A DNA stretch of 64,000 nucleotides. It comes from Macrostomum lignano. Its lineage: Eukaryota. Shown one piece after another: positions 23,981 to 36,546 of the stretch; the first letter of the stretch is position 1, and every line of letters starts with the position of its first letter. Position numbers and translations under genes: made by a program. The notes beneath the pieces were generated by a model that did not search any database, had not been told where the DNA came from, and saw nothing but the letters and a program-made list of their open reading frames with translations. The stretch is from contig NIVC01000042.1 of the NCBI GenBank assembly GCA_002269645.1, positions 496,001-560,000 of the forward strand, read 5' to 3'.

Positions 23981-24430
23981 CAGATCCATATGAATAAAAT
24001 TAGAATTATTGACGCAGCCTTTAGGCTTGAATGGTGGTAGCTATTTCAATAAGCTGCTATGGGGATAAGTTGAAAATTATTGACGTGGATCCATATAGAT
24101 AAAATAGAATTATTGGCATGACCATGCATGGGGAAAAGCACTTCCTTATACAAAACAAGACAATCATACAATAGATAAAAAGTAATAAACCTAGGGCTTG
24201 TTTAGTCTTAGGCCTACTATTGATACTAGGCCCTACTATTATTGGCATAAAATTGTTATTACCCTTATTAGAAACAGAAGATTGCAGATATTTTTTATGC
24301 ACATGATATTAATAGGCCTATATTTTAATTGTCTTAAATAAAATAAATGATGTTTTATCATATTACAAGGTATCTATACTATCCTATGCAGTCAATCTAG
24401 TAATAGAGAATCTGGTAAGGGTAATAGTCT

Positions 24431-25551
24431 ATAGTCTAGATCATGCTAGGAAAAAGTGCATGCTTAAACAAAAATGGAATAATTACAAATGTATACCAAA
24501 AAAAGTTAAGTGCATATTTACACTCTCAAATGTATGCCAGTATTGCAATAATAATTGACCTTTTTTAGGTTGAATAAATATACCCTTCTTGGCTAATAAT
24601 TTGGTTGATGTTTATGCTTTTTGCCTATATTGTTTATAGTAAAAAATCAATACATGCAAAGATTTGTTCAATTACCTTATTATAAGCTTAAAAACCTAGT
24701 AAGCTTGAAATTTGTTTAAAAAATTAAGATGAACTTTTTTATTTATTTAAAATCTTTTCATAATATTTTATATTCCATAAAGTGTACACTAGGTGTGCAT
24801 GCACATTATTTTCTTAGGAGTGATGCATGCCAACTGTGCATGCCTACTATTGGTATGCAAGGCCAATGCATGTCCAAATTTTTTGGTGTATACTACATTA
24901 TCTAGAGTATAAATAATAGTCAATTAAGTGACAGGCAATCTAGCAACAATGTATAATATGAGTAAAAGCTATTAAATCAATAATTTAGCATTTATATAGA
25001 TTATTGAGGCTATATAGTATTCTATTTTTATTATTATTTAATTTTGGAAACATTTATTTATGCAGAATCCACACTCTAGATCAAGTAGTATATGTCCAAA
25101 AATTTGGGCATGCATTGGCCTTGTATACCAAAAGTAGGCATACATAGTTGGCATGAATCACTCTTCAGAAAATCTACCTGGTATGCACTTAATAGAATCA
25201 CGCAGAGGAGTTATTGTGAAGTAGAAAAAAAGGTGAAAAAAGTTCATTTTTAAGCATAAATTTCCCATTTTCTGGGTTTTTAAGCTCATAATAAGGCATT
25301 TAAACAATCTATGTATATCAATTTTCCACTATAAATAGTATCACCAAAAAAGCAGAAAAATATTAACCAATATCTGTTAAAAAGGTCTATTACGCAATAA
25401 GAAAGGTCATTTATTGTCACAACATAAAAAAGGTCATTTATTGTTGCAACACTGGCAGAGTTTTAAGAATGGGCATGCACTCAATTTTTTTGGTGTGCAT
25501 TTGTAATTATTGATTTTTGTTTAGGTATGCACTTAGCATGATCTGGACTAT
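24431..25551. mobile_element. Decayed foldback / long-TIR element
   Basis: 24431-24910 is an imperfect inverted copy of 25070-25551 (e.g. ATAGTCTAGATCATGC / GCATGATCTGGACTAT; CAAGGCCAATGCATG / CATGCATTGGCCTTG), with a spacer of about 160 bp. No TSD found. Confidence 0.75.
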
Positions 25552-27329
25552 GGTGCAGAATTTATTAAATTAAATGGAATAGTTAAGACTATATATTGCA
25601 TTTTCTTTTGTTTTTTTAGCATGGTAAATACATGGAAATTGCAATGCAATTAGCAATTTTTTGGTTCTTTGATTCTCAAATCTTGTTAAAAGAAAAAAAA
25701 CCTTAATAGTAACTTACATTAGGATTGACTCATCTTAGATTAGAACAAGAGCACTACACATATATAAAGCATTAGATGCAGTACTAAAATCTATAAAATC
25801 TACAAAAAATCTATTGCTGGATTGTCTGTTGCTGGATTGACTGGAAGACATCTCATAGCATAGGCCTAGAATTAAGCTTTGCCAAAGGCTTAATATAAAG
25901 AAGTCTATTGATTCTATAGACATAGAACTTTAAAAGGCTACTTTAATATAGTCCTAACACCTTAATAATTTAATTATTAGTATTAAAATATATTAAATTG
26001 TAATCCATATAGGATAAAGTTATAGAACTATGAATAGCATCTGGGGCACTTTTGAAATTTTTTTAAAGTGCAGTGCATGCATAGGCGCGCAGTGCCTGCA
26101 TGTGTGCACTGCCCTTCCCTGCTGGCTGCTGCTCTAGCAAAAAACATATATATGAAATAGGGTCTTACCTTTGTTGAAGGGGCCTATATACTCATAATTT
26201 CTCATATAATGCTTAGAGATGTTCCAAAATTTCAATTTTGATATTCTAAAGTTTGAAATTTTCAAGAGTGAATTTTTATTTTGAAAAAAATTAGAAATCA
26301 AAATTTTGGAAGTGTGTAAAAAAGTGGCTAAAATAAACTAATTTGTGCTACATATACATGTATTTTGTTTTGCATAAGCAGTAAATCGGAAGTAAAAAAG
26401 TGAGTTTTGGTCATACTAAACTTTGTTCATTTGACTCAATCATTTGACTGACTCTTTTTCTAAAGCATGTGTCTGTGAGTTTTCAACATTTATTCCAATA
26501 GGGATTGTAATAATAGCCAAAAGGTTTGTTACAATTTAGGGCCTAGTTTGCTTGTAAATATATAATAATATCATAAATAAAACCTAGATAACAATTTTTA
26601 TTGTAACTACCAATGGCAATGACTTATTAATTTTACTAGAATTAAATATTTTACCCTTTTTACAAAGAAAAGTTAGCTTCCTAATAGACAATACTAAAAC
26701 TTGTTTGCAATAGTAGTGGGTCCATTGAGCAATGCAGAAAAGCAGAAAAATTAGAAAATCAGTAAATAGGGTAGTATGTTTGATTAAGAAAAACACTAAA
26801 AAATAGAAGTTTTCATTCATGGCATAAAGATGGAAGGGTTCAAAAGATTATAAAATTTTGCTTCAAATAAATGTTTTTATAAGAGAATTGGTCAACATTG
26901 ACAAAAGTTATATATGTTTAAAGATTTCATTTTTCCCTAAATTTCATGTTTGTGCTTTTTTTCATAAGTGTATGTTTCTAAAAAGTGGCAACACATAAAA
27001 GGGTCATTCTCAAAACTTGGGACACTGTAATGAAAATATTTTTTTGCAAAGCAAATCAGTAAACTAGCAGTTTCAATAAAAAGAGTAGTGTTTCTACATT
27101 GCAAAAACATAGATAAAAGCAGAGGAAACACTGAAAAAAGCATCCATTAGCGATATTTGTTTATTTGCACTATAAAAAATCATGATTCCAAATTATATAA
27201 CCTAAATCTAATAAATGAAATTTTGTTTTAAAGTAAATGTTATAATGTTAAATGTTTAATATTAAATGGTATATATATATTTAATATAAAATTTAATGTT
27301 TAATGTTTAATTATGTTTAATATAAAGCC

Positions 27330-28950
27330 ACTCCCACCGAAAGATATTTCTCAGGCGTAATAGACAGTTGATAATATAGAGCATCCTCCGTTTGCAATAT
27401 TGACTACTTGGCAAGTCCAAAATGATGGAAACTCGCTCAATAGAGTTGTGAAGGAGTCTGGAAGTGATCTAACACTGGCTTTAGATGCACAGCAATGGCT
27501 TTAGCCTTTTTGCTTGTCATCCAACAGGGAGGCAAACAACTGCAGTGCATGGTCTTCCACATAGGCAATGCCCTGATATATTGTTACCTGGCCGCAGTTT
27601 CCAAAATGCATTGACTGGGTTTCCCTGAAATACTTTGCACCATACGCTTCACTGAAGTCAATGTGGAGGGCCAAATGGTGCAGCCCAAGACTGGATCTCA
27701 GCTCACGAATGGCTCGGTACTGGTGCCGCAACTGCATAAAGTGGGTGCCATAATCTTAAAGCAGTTTATGAAGCTCACAGATGGCCACCTCGCACTTGAC
27801 TTTCAGGTGCACAATCTCCATGCCGCTTGAATCCCTTTTAGTTCTCACTTGCAGTAGGTGACCTTCGACAGACCAGCAGTGACTTCCATGACAACTGGAG
27901 ATTTGTAGCAGCATTTTAGGCACTGGTGGCAGAGACAGGCGGCTGATTCTTCTGAGCAAATAACTTCTAGGAGCAGAGCGTGCTTGTCGTTAGCTCTGAC
28001 AGGCCCCAACAAGTAGAGACCCTCAACTAATAGGTCAAGGTTCTTGCACTTTGGGCACAGGCACTGATGCCAGTCTGACAGCTTTGGATAAACAACATAT
28101 GCTGGTCTATGTCAGTAAAATGTGGCTAGACTGATGGTCATGAATGGATGCTCTGCTCTAAACTTCCAAAGAAGAACTTCCATGCTGTAGAGCAAGATCC
28201 TTTTTTGTTTCTTCTGGTTGCCTCAACCAACTGTCTCCCTCCTGCCAGCAGTTGCACATGTGTTGCTGTCATCACAAAAAAAATTATAACCGCATTGCGC
28301 TTGGCATTTTCCTTTGGTGGTGGCTTAGTCTTTAGCACCTTTGGTGTACATCTCAAAGCTTTCATTGCTACACGAGGATTGTTAGTGGTTTCAACCATCT
28401 CATACACAAGGTGTTGCATTTCCGGCTTCCGCTTCTGTGCAATTATGGTCTCTACTACATGAGTGGTTGCTTCGACCATTGCTGATTGTGAAGTATCAGA
28501 TCGCCTGGGACACTCTTGTGAACTAATTCGCCTAACCTTTTGCTGCAGCAAGCAGTGCTTCAACTTCAAAGATGCGTGCTGTATGCTTAGGGTCATATGT
28601 TGAGCTAAAAGACAAGCATAACGCTCATCTTTTTTCTTGGACTCTCTTCTCGCAGCAGACAGACACTGAAGCAGCAATATTATTTCTATCTCTGGGTCTA
28701 TAACTTCTTCAGCAGCTTTAGGCTGAGCTTCAGCCTGGGCCTCTACACAAACATCTACTGGAGCTTCAGCTCAAAATTCAGCCTGATCATAAGCCTCAAC
28801 GCAAACTCCAGCCCTTCGTCTGTACGACTCATTTGCTTTTGTTCTTTTATACTGCTTAAATCCTTCAGGATCCTCTTCCATCTTCTTATTCAAAAAGTGC
28901 TAGTTTTCTTTCCTTTTCTTTTCCTTCTTTTTCCTGCTAAAGACCATTGA
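27330..28950 (-). pseudogene. Degenerate DDE-type DNA-transposon transposase (Sola-like assignment tentative)
   Basis: Fragments across stops and frameshifts: HQCLCPKCKNLDLL, LHIDFSEAY...ETQSMHFG...QVTIYQG, DDKQK-AKAIAVHLKPVL, IILDLPSSQYCKR. These resemble the C-x-C-xx-C-x-N / DFSENY-QSxH / SDxxxxQY motifs of uncharacterised eukaryotic transposases. Confidence 0.5.
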
Positions 28951-30889
28951 CTGAGGAAGAAAATGTATTTACATTAGATAATATGAAGATTAGCAGTAGC
29001 ATTAACATAGTAGTTATATTTAATGGTAAAACATTTAATAGCTACTTTATTGAAGAGAAGTCTTGTCTTTAAATTATTTTTCAAGGCTAGGTTAAAATGC
29101 ACTTATAAAAGAGAAACTCAAAAAATCATTTAATACTGACATTATCCCTTAATTTATATGCACACATGCATCTCTCAAATACAAAACATTGCAGCTTTTG
29201 TACCCCCTAGAATAGGTACTTGAAATTTTGTCTTGATTTACTTTTCCAAGCCTGAGTTATGCTGCACTTATAGATAAAATTATTGAAAAAAGCTTAAATA
29301 TTCACCTTATTGCTTACTATACCCAGATACTTATTTGAAACTAAGGAAGTTAAGACTTTTGCACCACCTTAGGATAGGTACTTTTAGTGTGTGAAGTTTT
29401 GTTTCTAAATAATTTTCAAACTCTGAGTTTTCATGCAGTTTTTTAACCAGTTTTTTAACGATTATTTCTACTAATGAATCTAGTGCACCCAATTGACAGC
29501 ACCTGTTTTTTATGTAGAATTTTTCATAGAATTTAATTGTATTTTTTTTCCTTTTTGGTCCCCACTTTTACCTACATAGTGGTCTAAACATGACCCCCCA
29601 ACAATATGTATGCATAACCATTTAGGAGCAAATGGACTTTTTTCTTCTTCTTTTTTCTTCTGTTTTATTATCCAAAATGGCATACAAACAAGAGGAAACA
29701 ATGATCTCATTGCCAGATATTACCACAACTCCAATAATGGTACCAATGATTGGGTAAACAGCAGGAGTAAATACCTCATCATCTAATTAGTACTCCTTTG
29801 CTAATTTAGAGTACTAATTAGATGTGCATTTTTGCAACTTACCTTGGCTAGGCCCCTTGCCCGACAGCTAGATTGGCTTGGTATAGCACCTGGATGATCT
29901 ATATGAGGATAAAAATGGAATAATTGTGGTCTGAGGATTAAAATTTCATTTATGGCACCTCATTTTTTTGAGAATAGAAGAAAAACTATCAATTGTATTT
30001 TTCAAAGCACTAATGCAAAATAATCTACAAGAAAAATGCTAAAAATTGGCATATTAGGCATAAAAATCCTTTGGATAATTCAAAAGTTATATTATCCATA
30101 ACTCAGAAAATCATACATTTTGAAGAAAAATTATCACAGTACCTTATGGGAAAAATTCTATAACTTTTTTATTACTCGACCAAAAATCAAAAAATGAAGT
30201 GTCTTTTTACTCATATAAACAAGATCTATCATACTATATAATAAAAAATTAGAAAATTAGAAGTTTCAAAATCTCACTTTTAACTAATACTAATTTTAGT
30301 TCTTTAAAGAGTATGTATAGCCAAGGGTCAAATGTATTAGATACTCGTAGTAATAAAACTACAATCTTTGTTATCATTAGTTATTTTTGATATTATCTAA
30401 GTGCCACTTATATATATGCCAACTTTGTTGTAATTATTGAGATGCATTGTGGCTAATATAAAATGGCTTTTGGCTAGGCCTACAATAAGGTCAATGGTTC
30501 AAGACCTATAGAAAAGGGGGAGGCATAGAAAGATGCTTAGTCCTCTCTTTTCTTATAAAAGTTTATAAGTCAAAAGCCTTGACTTCTATATCCTAATCTA
30601 TATAGAGGAAAATTCTAAACAGATATTTTTAAATGGCTTTATTATCTATCCACTATACTGTTTCAATTAGCCTAAGTTTGTTTATTTATGTCAGATAGAT
30701 ATCATAGGTAGCTTACATTTCTATATAGCAAACTAAATAATTGTACATATGATAATATCCAAATATCAATCTTATTTTTTTTGAAATCATAGGATACCAG
30801 CAAAAATTTTAGTCTTGAACCTACCCAATCCCAAAAAAGTTGATCTCAGAATGCCAAATTTTTGCAGGAAGAAGTGGATTAAACAAAAC

Positions 30890-31585
30890 ATGGCGGAATC
30901 CACTAGAACAATGCTAGGCACTGTTGCCATAGTAACGCTGCTATGGCTGGCCTACCTAGCTTGGCTAGTGAGTCAGAGAGTTCCCCCTCCACCAGTTGGC
31001 TCAACTAGGCTGGTTTTGGACACGGGCTCAGATGAGGTGAACACTCCCAGCGTAGTGATACACCCGGTGCCAGGTTTTAACTTCAGTCTGCGCAACATGA
31101 AGTGCACTTATCACGCCTGCTTTGACATTGACGCCTGTCGTCTGGTTGGCGAGCACCGTATCGGGGTGTACATCTATCCTAGGCGTCGCTACTATACACC
31201 CGGCGGGCACCGGCTGTTTCAGTTTCGCAGTAGACAATTTGATAATTTAATGCGAGCGATTCGAGATTCGCCATATTATACTGAGGATCCGGATAGAGCG
31301 TGCGTATTTCTGCCAGATATTGACACGCTGAATCCCAGTAATTATGAGCTGGATTGGCTGCCTCAATATCTCTATCACCTGCCCAAATGGTCGGGCAATG
31401 GCGTTAATCATTTATTGTTAGAGGCCTATCCGGTACGCGTAGCTCTAGTGCGACCGGGGCCCACCATAATTCGTCTGCCATTATCTAAGGCTATGGTGGC
31501 CAGCGCCAGTTTTACTGAGCGAACCTATCGGTCAACGTTTGATATTGCTTTGCCTACCCTGGCTGCTGGGCGGCCTGACGATCAG
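30890..31585 (+). CDS. EXT2: Exostosin EXT2-like, exon 1 (type II TM anchor + GT47 start)
   Basis: TM segment LGTVAIVTLLWLAYLAWLV. KCTYHACFDIDAC, GVYIYP, SPYYTEDPDRACVFLPDIDTLN, NHLL and TYRSTFDIALP parallel EXT2. GTGAG donor at 31586; start codon choice uncertain. Confidence 0.85.
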
Positions 31586-31619
31586 GTGAGGGTTTGCTGC
31601 CCTCTCTTTAACCCTACCT

Positions 31620-34010
31620 GACAATCGCTCATAAACTCTTCTGAATTCTCCCTGCCAATGCCCTAGACTCTTCTGAATTCTCCCTGCCAATCCCCTAGAC
31701 TCTTCTGAATTCTCCCTGCCAATGCCCTAGACTCTTCTGAATTCTCCCTGCCAATGCCCTAAACTCTTCTGAATTCTCCCTGACAATTCCTTAGACTCTT
31801 GTGAATTCTCCCTGACGATTGCACCTATATTTGCCCTGAATCCTCCCTGAAAATCGCGCCTAGATTCTTCTGAATTCTCCCTGACAATCACCCCTAGACT
31901 CTTCTGAATTCTCCCTGACAACTAGACTAGACTTCTAGACTAGACTCTTCTTCTGAATCTTCTCTGACAATCGCCCCTAGACTCCTCTGAATTCTCCCTG
32001 TTAATCGCCCAGCTAGACTCTTCTAAATTCTCCCTGACAATCGCTCATAGACTCTTCTAAATTCTCCCTGACAATCGCTCCTAGACTCTTCTGAATCCTC
32101 TCTGACAATCGCTCCTAGACTCTTCTGAATCCTCTCTGACAATCGCCCCTAGACTCTTCTGAATTCTCCCTGACAATCGCCCCTAGACTCTTCTGAATCC
32201 TCTCTAACAATCCCCTAGACTCTTCTGAATTCTCCTTGCCAATCCCCTAGACTCTTCTGAATTCTCCCTGACAATCCCCTAGACTCTTCTGAATTCTCCC
32301 TGCCAATGCCCTAGACTCTTCTGAATTCTCCCTGCCAATGCCCTAGACTCTTTTGAATTCTCCTTGCCAATCCCCTAGACTCTTCTGAATTCTCCTTGCC
32401 AATCCCCTAGACTCTTCTGAATTCTCCCTGACAATCCCCTAGACTCTTCTGAATTCTCCCTGACAATCGCCCCTAGACTCTTCTGAATTCTCCTTGCCAA
32501 TCCCCTAGACTCTTCTGAATTCTCCCTGCCAATGCCCTAGACTCTTCTGAATTCTCCCTGCCAATGCCCTAGACTCTTCTGAATTCTCCCTGACAATCGC
32601 CCAGCTAGATTCTTATGAATTCTCCCTGACGATTGCACCTATATTTGCCCTGAATCCTCCCTGAAAATCGCGCCTAGATTCTTCTGAATTCTCCCTGACA
32701 ATCACCCCTAGACTCTTCTGAATTCTCCCTGACAACTAGACTAGACTTCTAGACTAGACTCTTCTTCTGAATCTTCTCTGACAATCGCCCCTAGACTCCT
32801 CTGAATTCTCCCTGTTAATCGCCCAGCTAGACTCTTCTAAATTCTCCCTGACAATCGCTCATAGACTCTTCTAAATTCTCCCTGACAATCGCTCCTAGAC
32901 TCTTCTGAATCCTCTCTGACAATCGCTCCTAGACTCTTCTGAATCCTCTCTGACAATCGCCCCTAGACTCTTCTGAATTCTCCCTGACAATCGCCCCTAG
33001 ACGCTTCTGAATCCTCTCTAACAATCCCCTAGACTCTTCTGAATTCTCCTTGCCAATCCCCTAGACTCTTCTGAATTCTCCTTGCCAATCCCCTAGATTG
33101 AATTCTCAATTGAATTGTCAGGAATTCTCCCTGACAATCGCCCCTAGACTCTTCTAAATTCTCCCTGGCAATCCCCTAGACTCTTCTGAATTCTCCCTGA
33201 CAACCCCCTAGACTCTTCTGAATTCTCCTTGCCAATCCCCTAGACTCTTCTGAATTCTCCCTGACAATCCCCTAGACTCTTCTGAATTCTCCCTGCCAAT
33301 GCCCTAGACTCTTCTGAATTCTCCCTGCCAATGCCCTAGACTCTTTTGAATTCTCCTTGCCAATCCCCTAGACTCTTCTGAATTCTCCTTGCCAATCCCC
33401 TAGACTCTTCTGAATTCTCCCTGACAATCCCCTAGACTCTTCTGAATTCTCCCTGACAATCGCCCCTAGACTCTTCTGAATTCTCCTTGCCAATCCCCTA
33501 GACTCTTCTGAATTCTCCCTGCCAATGCCCTAGACTCTTCTGAATTCTCCCTGCCAATGCCCTAGACTCTTCTGAATTCTCCCTGCCAATGCCCTAGACT
33601 CTTCTGAATTCTCCCTGCCAATGCCCTAGACTCTTCTGAATTCTCCCTGCCAATGCCCTAGACTCTTCTGAATTCTCCCTGCCAATGCCCTAGACTCTTC
33701 TGAATTCTCCCTGCCAATGCCCTAGACTCTTCTGAATTCTCCCTGCCAATGCCCTAGACTCTTCTGAATTCTCCCTGCCAATGCCCTAGACTCTTCTGAA
33801 TTCTCCCTGCCAATGCCCTAGACTCTTCTGAATTCTCCCTGCCAATCCCCTAGACTCTTCTGAATCCTCTCTGACAATCGCTCATAGACTCTTATGAATC
33901 CTCTCTGACAATCGCCCCTAGATTATTCTGAATTCTCCCTGACAATCGCCCCTAGACTCTTCTGAATTCTCCCTGCCAATCGCCCAGCTAGATTCTTATG
34001 AATTCTCCCG
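31620..34010. repeat. ~32-bp minisatellite filling EXT2 intron 1
   Basis: Unit CCCTAGACTCTTCTGAATTCTCCCTG(A/C)CAAT(G/C). A higher-order duplication is visible with an offset of about 814 bp. Confidence 0.97.
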
Positions 34011-34161
34011 GACAGCCGTACCTATATTGGCCATAGACTCTCTGACGCTTGCCCATAGAATTGCCCTCTACATCTCAGTTAAAATTTGCTTGGAAATTCT
34101 TTTGCAGTAATAATTAAGTCAAGTAACTCAACCGCCCCATTACTTTCCTAACCAACTCAAG

Positions 34162-34725
34162 ACGGAGTCGTTTAGTGACGACTCTCTGGATTCAACCGAG
34201 CGCCCCGTGTTGCTGGCCTCCGCTCCGCCCAGCGCACCCGAACCGGTGAAGCGACTCCGCCGAAGCCTCGGCGACAGACGCTTCCTACAATTGAACTTCT
34301 GCCCGTCGGCCTCGGCCGCAACTGAGGAGTCTCGCTGCGCTAGAAACGGTACTAGATACGCCTATCCAGATGTGCTGTCCAAGGCCACCTTCTGCTTAGT
34401 GTTCTACACCCAGTTAACCGGCTCCGCTGCCCTCCTAGACGCTGTCAGCCGTCAGTGCATCCCGGTGATTCTCACCAACACTAATGTGTTTCCATTTCAC
34501 GAGCTAATCGAATGGAATCGATTTAGTATTCGATTAAATCGGGAAGCTGACGTTGGCAGTTTGTTTCGAATGTTGACAAAATTTTCTCGTCAATACGTGG
34601 CTTTTATGCGCTATCAGATGCGCGTTATTTATAAGCGATACTTTGCCAGCCCCGCTGCTGTGGCTCTGGCCGTGCTGCAGATTCTTAATGATCGAGTGTT
34701 TCCGTATATGGCTCCGTCTATGCAG
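34162..34725 (+). CDS. EXT2: EXT2-like exon 2 (GT47 C-terminal part)
   Basis: YAYPDVLSKATFCLV, LLDAVSRQCIPVIL, FPFHELIEWNRFS, LQILNDRVFPY. AAG acceptor at 34161 is in frame but weak; GTGAG donor at 34726. Confidence 0.8.
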
Positions 34726-34734
34726 GTGAGCGGC

Positions 34735-35200
34735 TCAGTTTATCGAATCTGTCACTCCGCTTACCGCTTGGTGTCACTCTATCTCCCTGTGTTCTCAGTT
34801 TATCGAATCTGTCACTCGGCTTACCGCTTGGTGTCACTCTATCTATCCGTGTTCTCAGTTGATCGAATCTGTCACTCGGCTTACCGCTTGGTGTCAATCC
34901 ATCTATCCGTGTTCTCAGTTGATCGAATCTGTCACTCGGCTTACCGCTTGGTGTCACTCCATGATCGAATTGGTCACTCGGCTTACCGTTTGGTGTCGCT
35001 CCATCTACATGGCTTGTCAGTTAGTTGAATTTTTCACTCAGCTTACCCCTTAGTGTCACTCCATCTAGCTATGTTCTCAGTTGATCGAATTTGTCACTCC
35101 GCTTATCGTTTAATGTCACTCCATCTACATGGGTTCTTAGTTGGTTGAATTTGTCACTCGGCTTACCGTTTGGTGTCACTCCATCTAGCCGTGTTCTCAG
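34735..35200. repeat. 60-bp minisatellite in EXT2 intron 2
   Basis: Unit TATCGAATCTGTCACTCGGCTTACCGCTTGGTGTCACTCTATCTATCCGTGTTCTCAGTT. Confidence 0.92.
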
Positions 35201-35265
35201 TTCACGCAGCTGACTCAGCTCAATACGCACAATACTGACTGAGCTGAGTTCTCCGCCTACCCCAG

Positions 35266-35677
35266 GAGTCCAACGGTCCCCAGTCTGTTGCCGGCCTGCC
35301 CGTCTCGCCGTCTCCGCCTCTGTTTCACACGGCTCCATTGAACTCTAATCAAGGCTACACAGCCGTTGTGCTCACCAGAGGTGGCAGTTTCTCCAAACTG
35401 ATTCGCACTCTGGCTAGTCTAGTAACTAGCGGTGCGACTGGCTCAGCTTCGCCGCGGCCGCCTCATCTGCGCAAGATTCTGATAGTGTGGAACGGCCTGA
35501 CTGAAGCGCCGCCGCCTCTGCTGGGCGGCCATTGGCCCGCGATGCCTCCAGGCGTCGGCTTGGAGATTGTCCAAACAGGAGACGATCGGCTTACTAATCG
35601 ATTTTTTCCGTACGATCAAATTGAAACTGACGCGGTGTTGTCTCTGCTAGACGATGATGTTGACGTACTGGTGCCTA
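35266..35677 (+). CDS. EXT2: EXT2-like exon 3 (GT64 domain start with DxD-like motif)
   Basis: GYTAVVLT, KILIVWN, LTNRFFPYDQIETDAVLSLLDDD. CAG acceptor 35263-65 and GTAAG donor at 35678 are phase-compatible with neighbouring exons. Confidence 0.82.
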
Positions 35678-35689
35678 GTAAGATTTTTC

Positions 35690-36475
35690 TTATGTCCGAG
35701 TATATCCGAGTATTTCTGAGCTTTTCTGGGTATGTCCGACCTTGTCCGAATGTGTCCAAGCTTGTCTGATTATCTCTACGTTTTTTTCTGAGTATGTCCG
35801 AGTAGTTTTTTTAAGAGTATCTCAGCTTGTCTGGGCATGTTCAAATGTGTCCGAGCTTGGCCGAGTGTTTCTGGGCCTTTTCTGAGTATGTCCGAGTATC
35901 TCTAAGTTTTTCTGAGTATGTCCGAGTAGTTTGTACGAGTATCTCAGCTTGTCTGGGCATGTCCAAATGTGTCCGAGCTTGGCTGAGTGTTTTTGGGCCT
36001 TTTCTGAGTATGTCCGAGTATCTCTAAGTTTTTCTGAGTATGTCCGAGTAGTTTGTACGAGTATCTCAGCTTGTCTGGGCATGTCCAAATGTGTCCGAGC
36101 TTGGCCGAGTGCTTCTGGGCCTTTTCTGAGTATGTCCGAGTAGTTCTAAGTTTTTCTGAGTATGTCCGAGTAGTTTGTACGAGTATCTCGGCTTATCTTC
36201 GTACGTCCGACCTTGTCCGAATGTGTCCGAGCTTGACCGAGTGTTTCTGGGCCTTAATGAGTATTTCCGAATATGTATGAATATTTTTGAGCGTTTTCGA
36301 GTACCTGCGAGCTTGTCTGAGCATGTCCGAGCCTGTCCATATATGTCCGAGCCTGTCCATATATGTCCGAGCCTGTCCGAATGTCTGAGCCTCCGAATGT
36401 GTCCGAGCCTGTCCGAATATTCCGAGCCTCTCCGAATATGTCCGAGCTTGTTTGATAATTTTCTGCAGTATATCC
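35690..36475. repeat. Composite (~122-bp, TGTCCGAG-cored) minisatellite in EXT2 intron 3
   Basis: Repeated TTTTCTGAGTATGTCCGAG...GCTTGTCTGGGCATGTCCAAATGTGTCCGAGC. Confidence 0.9.
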
Positions 36476-36546
36476 AAACTATTTTCTAAGCGTGTGTAAA
36501 TTTATTTAAATTAATTATTATTGGAAACAAAAACTCCCTGCCGCAG

